The position numbers and the translations under genes are program-made. Below, in pieces: positions 60,163 to 64,000 of a stretch of DNA of 64,000 bases; within the stretch, counting starts at the first letter, position 1, and each line of letters starts with the position of its first letter. Source of the DNA: Kiritimatiellia bacterium (GTDB lineage: Bacteria > Verrucomicrobiota > Kiritimatiellia > RFP12 > UBA1067). The stretch is from NCBI GenBank assembly GCA_017652705.1, contig JAGCAM010000085.1:585-64584 (forward strand), given 5' to 3'. Under the pieces are notes generated by a model. The model saw nothing but the letters and a program-made list of their open reading frames with translations. It was not told the DNA's origin and did no database searches.

Positions 60163-61689
60163 ATGGCGAGCAAGGAAAAACCGAGAAACCCGCGGATTCT
60201 CATCGTAACTCCGGAAATCACCTATCTGCCCGAAGGCATGGGGAATCTGGCTGGCAAGATGTCGGCCAAGGCCGGCGGCATGGCCGACGTGTCGGCGTCG
60301 CTTGTCCAGGCGCTCCACCGTCTCGGAGCCGACGTGCACGTCGCCCTGCCGCATTACCGCCGGATGTTCCACGTCGAAACCGCCCGGCTCGTCGCCGACG
60401 AACTGCGCAAATACAAAAGCCATCTGCCCGACGAACGCATACATCTCGCCGAAGACCGCTGCTTCTACTATCGAGACACCGTTTATTCCGAAGGCGAAGG
60501 CAACGTTAAACTCGCTCTCGCTTTCCAGCGCGAAGTCATCAACAACATCATACCGTTCGTTCAGCCGGATCTCATCCACTGCAACGACTGGATGACCGGT
60601 CTCATCCCCGCCGCCGCGCGCCGCGAAGGGATACCCTGCCTTTTCACCGTGCACAACATCCACACCCACAAGCTGACTCTCGCGCAGGTTGAGGACGCCG
60701 GCATCGACGCCGCCGAGTTCTGGATGAACCTTTACTACGGCTACCCGCCCAGAAACTACGAAGAAAGCCGCAACTGCAACCAGATCGACTTGCAGGCCTC
60801 CGGCGTGTTCGGCGCCCACTTCATCAACACCGTTTCGCCGACCTTCCTGCGCGAAATCGTCAACGGCTGGCACTCCTTCATACCTGATTCCATCCGCAGC
60901 GAAATACGCAACAAATACAACGCCGGCTGCGCCGAGGGCATACTCAACGCCCCGGACTCCTCCGACAACCCGGCGACGGACGAAAAGATACCGTTCCGCT
61001 ACGGACCGGCCGACCACGTCGCCGGCAAACGCCGCAACAAAGTCGAGTTCCAGCGCGCCCTCGGGCTTGAAGAAAACCCCGACGCGCCGCTGTTCTTCTG
61101 GCCGAGCCGCCTCGATCCGGCACAGAAGGGGCCGCAGCTGCTTACCGACATCACTTACCGTTTTCTGGACAAGTATTACGGGCGCGGCGCCCAGATCGCA
61201 GTCGTCGCCAACGGGCCGTTCCAGCGCCCGTTCCGCGACATCCGCGATTTCCACTCGATCGGCCGGCGTCTCGCCGTGCACGATTTCGACGCGCGGCTTT
61301 CGCAGCTCGGCTTCGCCGCCAGCGATTTCACCCTCATGCCTTCGCTCTTCGAACCGTGCGGGCTGCCCCAGATGCAGGCGCCGATCTACGGCTCGCTCGC
61401 CGTAGCCCACAACACCGGCGGGCTTCACGACACCGTCGAACAGCTCGACTGGAACGGTTCGGCCGGCAACGGGTTCATCTTCGACACCTACGACTCAAAC
61501 GGCCTGTTCTGGGCGATGGACCGCGCCATGGAGTTCTACGCCGCCCCGCCCGGAGTGCGCGAGCGCGAGACAGGCCGCATAATGAAGGAATCCCTCAGCC
61601 GCTTCAACCACGACGCGTGTGCGAAGGAATACATAAAACTCTACGAAAAAATGCTCGACCGCCAGCTGGTCAAACGGGAGATTTCATGA
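60163..61689 (+). CDS. glgA: glycogen/starch synthase (GT5)
   Basis: ILIVTPEI...KAGGMADVSASL at the N-terminus, HCNDWMTG and PSLFEPCGL. Confidence 0.88.
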   Translation: MASKEKPRNPRILIVTPEITYLPEGMGNLAGKMSAKAGGMADVSASLVQALHRLGADVHVALPHYRRMFHVETARLVADELRKYKSHLPDERIHLAEDRCFYYRDTVYSEGEGNVKLALAFQREVINNIIPFVQPDLIHCNDWMTGLIPAAARREGIPCLFTVHNIHTHKLTLAQVEDAGIDAAEFWMNLYYGYPPRNYEESRNCNQIDLQASGVFGAHFINTVSPTFLREIVNGWHSFIPDSIRSEIRNKYNAGCAEGILNAPDSSDNPATDEKIPFRYGPADHVAGKRRNKVEFQRALGLEENPDAPLFFWPSRLDPAQKGPQLLTDITYRFLDKYYGRGAQIAVVANGPFQRPFRDIRDFHSIGRRLAVHDFDARLSQLGFAASDFTLMPSLFEPCGLPQMQAPIYGSLAVAHNTGGLHDTVEQLDWNGSAGNGFIFDTYDSNGLFWAMDRAMEFYAAPPGVRERETGRIMKESLSRFNHDACAKEYIKLYEKMLDRQLVKREIS

Positions 61690-62009
61690 ATCCGGAACAA
61701 CTCGCCAGTCAGCTCGCCCGCACTCTCGAAGACGCCAAGGCGGAGAATGTTCGCGTTTACGACGTCCGCGGCAAGTCGGGGCTGACCGATTTCTTCGTCG
61801 TCGCCACCGGCGCGGCGGCGCCTCATTTGAAAGCGCTCGTCAGACTGCTGCCTAAGGCGTACCGACTCTCCGGCGCGCCGGAATCGGGCTGGATCGTCGC
61901 CGACTACTTCGACGTCGTCGTGCATGTTTTTTCGGCCGAAGCGCGCGCCTACTACGCCCTTGAAAAACTGTGGATGGGGGATTCAGCCGCGGGAGAAAAA
62001 GCATCATGA
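61686..62009 (+). CDS. rsfS: ribosome silencing factor RsfS
   Basis: VYDVRGKSGLTDFFVVATG...WIVADYFDVVVHVF...YYALEKLW. ATGA overlap with the glgA stop. Confidence 0.85.
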   Translation: MNPEQLASQLARTLEDAKAENVRVYDVRGKSGLTDFFVVATGAAAPHLKALVRLLPKAYRLSGAPESGWIVADYFDVVVHVFSAEARAYYALEKLWMGDSAAGEKAS

Positions 62010-62887
62010 AAAAAATCGTGAACCTGCTCGTTTTAGTTTCCGCCGAGCTCGCCGCATTCGTCTGCGCCGCGGGCAATGTCGTTCTGCGCTCGCAGACCGC
62101 AATCTGCGAAATCGCGCCGGAAGACGGCGCCAGAATCGTCTCCTGGCGCGTGAACGGCAGGGAGCTGCTCTGGAACCCGTCGACGCCGGCGCCGAAAGAC
62201 GGCAAGTGGCGGCACGGGGGCGTGCCCCTGGTCTGGCCGTGGGTGGCCGACGAATGGCCGGCCGACGTTGAAAAATCGCCCCACGGCGTCGCCTGGAAGC
62301 ATCCGTTCAAGGTTGAGTCGCGCCGCACCTCCGAGATAAGCGACGAAATCACCATGTCCTTCTCGGCATACGCTCTGCGGGCGGAATACACCGTCACGCT
62401 CTCCGACCGGCTGTCCTTCCGCTTCAAGACGAAAAACACCGGCGACAAGCCCCGCCGGTACGCGATGTCGCTGCACCCGTATTTCAGGCTGCAGGAGCGC
62501 GACCGCACCGTGATCAAGGGTTTCGACGCCCTGCGCTACCGCGACATGCGTGCGGGTTTCGTCACCAACGGCGTCTGGAAGGGTGACGTGAAAGTCGTCT
62601 CCTGGCTCGACCACGAGTTCTACCGCGGCACCGCGCCGATGAAGGCCGAGTTCAACGACGGCGACTGCCGCATCACGGTTTCGTCGGCGGACTCCGCCGC
62701 ATACGTCGTCTGGAATCCGGGCGACCAATGGCCGGTCGAGGGCACCGAAATGTACGGCGGGCTCGAGAAGGGCGCCTGGCGGCACATTCTCAGCGTCGAA
62801 CCGAGTTCGGCCGATCTCAAAGACGCCGTTCCGCTGCGCCCCGGCGAAGAGCGCACCCTCACCGCGGAGTTCGTCTGCCGTGAATGA
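62006..62887 (+). CDS. aldose 1-epimerase-family protein (hexose-6-phosphate mutarotase-like), secreted
   Basis: Signal peptide; RHGGVPLVWPW, HGVAW and HPYFRL motifs. ATGA overlap with the rsfS stop. Confidence 0.8.
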   Translation: MKKIVNLLVLVSAELAAFVCAAGNVVLRSQTAICEIAPEDGARIVSWRVNGRELLWNPSTPAPKDGKWRHGGVPLVWPWVADEWPADVEKSPHGVAWKHPFKVESRRTSEISDEITMSFSAYALRAEYTVTLSDRLSFRFKTKNTGDKPRRYAMSLHPYFRLQERDRTVIKGFDALRYRDMRAGFVTNGVWKGDVKVVSWLDHEFYRGTAPMKAEFNDGDCRITVSSADSAAYVVWNPGDQWPVEGTEMYGGLEKGAWRHILSVEPSSADLKDAVPLRPGEERTLTAEFVCRE

Positions 62888-63536
62888 CGCGCCCGGCGAT
62901 CACATACTGAGAGTCGCCGACATAACCAGACCGCTGGAGTTCGACACCGCCCGCCCTCTGGAGGTGGAGGTCGGCTGCGGCAAAGGCAGGTTTCTGACGG
63001 CGCGCGCTAAGGCTAATCCGGACTGCGATTTTCTCGGCATCGAGCGCATGCTGGGGCGGGTGCGGCTGTTCGACGGCAAATGCCGCCGGGGCGGCATCGA
63101 CAACGCTAAGGTGTTGCGGCTCGAAGCGCTGTACACTTTTCACTATCTGCTGCCGGCGCACGGCGTACGCACGGTTTACGTGTTTTTTCCGGATCCGTGG
63201 CCGAAGCGCAAGCACCGTTCGCACCGGCTGTTCGGGCCGCTGTTTCTCAACGCCCTGTGGAAGCGGCTGGAAATCGGCGGCAAGATTGAGTTCGCGACCG
63301 ACCACGAAGAGTATTTCGGCGTGGTGAAGGATTGTTTCGCCGCCGACGGCAGGTTTGAAGAAGTAGCACCGATGGAACGCCCCAGGGAGTTGTGGACCGA
63401 ATTCGAGACGCTGTTCCGCGGACAGGGGCTGGCCGTGCACTCCGCCGCGTGGCGGTCGCTGCCCGCCAGCGACGAACCGCTCGCCCCGCTCACGGTTCCG
63501 CCAGAGGCGGAACCCCGCCAGATCGCCGGCCGATGA
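62880..63536 (+). CDS. trmB: tRNA (guanine46-N7)-methyltransferase
   Basis: EVGCGKGRFL, FPDPWPKRKHRSHRL and FATDHEEY. GTG start overlaps the upstream stop. Confidence 0.9.
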   Translation: MNDAPGDHILRVADITRPLEFDTARPLEVEVGCGKGRFLTARAKANPDCDFLGIERMLGRVRLFDGKCRRGGIDNAKVLRLEALYTFHYLLPAHGVRTVYVFFPDPWPKRKHRSHRLFGPLFLNALWKRLEIGGKIEFATDHEEYFGVVKDCFAADGRFEEVAPMERPRELWTEFETLFRGQGLAVHSAAWRSLPASDEPLAPLTVPPEAEPRQIAGR

Positions 63537-63578
63537 CCCGACGCGGCTTTAGGCGACATTGCGGAATCGGGCGGGATT

Positions 63579-63587
63579 TGGTAGAAT
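63579..63587 (+). promoter_or_regulatory. extended -10 box TGGTAGAAT
   Basis: GGATTTGGTAGAATAACG lies about 125 nt before ATG 63711. Confidence 0.4.
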
Positions 63588-63710
63588 AACGTACATGAAT
63601 CGCAAGACTTGTTCTAATAAATCACGCCCGGCGCGACGGAACTCGGGGGCGGACGCCGGATGCGGTGACACCGAATCCCGCGAGCATGTTCATGAAAGGA
63701 CGGTTGCCTG

Positions 63711-64000
63711 ATGAAAGATCTTAAAGAAGCCTACAAAACCATCGAAGCGGATCATTTTCCTCCGCGCATGGAGATTTCGTTCATAGACGGCGACAGACGC
63801 GACACCCTTTCCTACGAAAAGGTCACCTGGAACATTGCCGGCGAGGAAAAAGGCCTTCGCTACGGCGAGAACCCGGGTCAGGAGGCCGCGCTCTACCGTC
63901 TGGTGAACGGCAATCTCGCGCTCGGCGATGTCGAGATGCTTCAGCCGGGGCGCTACCTCGCGTCACTGCCCGAGCTGCTCCAGAGCGGCAAACACCCCGG
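63711..64000 (+). CDS. AICAR formyltransferase-type PurH-like protein (N-terminal part; continues past window)
   Basis: My translation reads MKDLKEAYKTIEADHFPPRMEISF...GLRYGENPGQEAALYRLV. The LRYGENPxQ motif is typical of AICARFT domains. Confidence 0.7.
   Translation, partial: MKDLKEAYKTIEADHFPPRMEISFIDGDRRDTLSYEKVTWNIAGEEKGLRYGENPGQEAALYRLVNGNLALGDVEMLQPGRYLASLPELLQSGKHP

Noticed and set aside
57135-60200. Integrated element at tRNA-Ala with att duplication
   Set aside because: No repeat of the tRNA 3' end was seen downstream and there is no integrase or mobility gene. The downstream genes (Gfo/Idh/MocA, MBL hydrolase) look like normal GC-rich core genes.
63588-63710. ZTP (pfl) riboswitch upstream of the purH-like gene, and a 38-codon uORF at 63596-63712
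   Set aside because: I could not find the conserved GGGUCGUGACUGGCG / CCGCCUGGGC-type elements. The uORF (MNRKTCSNKSRPARRNSGADAG...) has poor coding character. Left unannotated.

Overview
This is a high-GC, densely coded bacterial chromosomal segment (>60% GC by eye). Gene content (fused SecDF, many secreted glycoside hydrolases, TAT-signal Gfo/Idh/MocA and PIG-L enzymes) suggests a glycan-degrading PVC-superphylum-like organism, but that is a low-confidence inference. The left third (1-19.9 kb) is all minus strand: an acyl-CoA synthetase fragment, a thioredoxin-fold protein, a translationally coupled GH106-like hydrolase/histidine kinase/class A acid phosphatase trio, ELM1-like, NrnA, SecDF, a TPR lipoprotein, and a polyamine locus ordered speA - 4-helix-bundle ORF - speE - speB - DUF3465 - carboxynorspermidine dehydrogenase - nspC. 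The rest is plus strand. It holds glycan/sugar genes (PIG-L, M23+PKD protein, GH29, GH20-like, MFS, galK, GH30, GH13, an enolase-superfamily/MFS/SDR trio, Gfo/Idh/MocA, glgA) mixed with housekeeping genes (dut, def, plsY, an oadA-like gene, tRNA-Arg, the valS-yfcE-thioesterase-htpX-dtd-folB-djlA-cobB operon, rnc, tRNA-Ala, rsfS, trmB, purH-like). I found no CRISPR array, transposase, integrase, reverse transcriptase or recognisable defence/toxin system. The most unusual signal is at nucleotide level. A GTTGAG/CTCAAC short-repeat family occurs, by eye, only in the polyamine locus. It brackets a low-GC truncated 4-helix-bundle (23S-IVS-protein-like) ORF as an inverted-repeat cassette. It supplies Shine-Dalgarno sequences, and it is inserted in frame inside speB (palindromic, no cargo) and inside the carboxynorspermidine dehydrogenase (one arm). 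Two polyamine transcription units also share a ~50-nt conserved 5' leader. The 880-bp speA/PIG-L divergent spacer carries three phased GGGTACCC palindromes and several strong hairpins. A TGnTATAAT-type box (aATATGATATAAT) recurs in front of both tRNAs and many operons. Many long ORFs in the supplied track are antisense shadows typical of high-GC DNA and are rejected.
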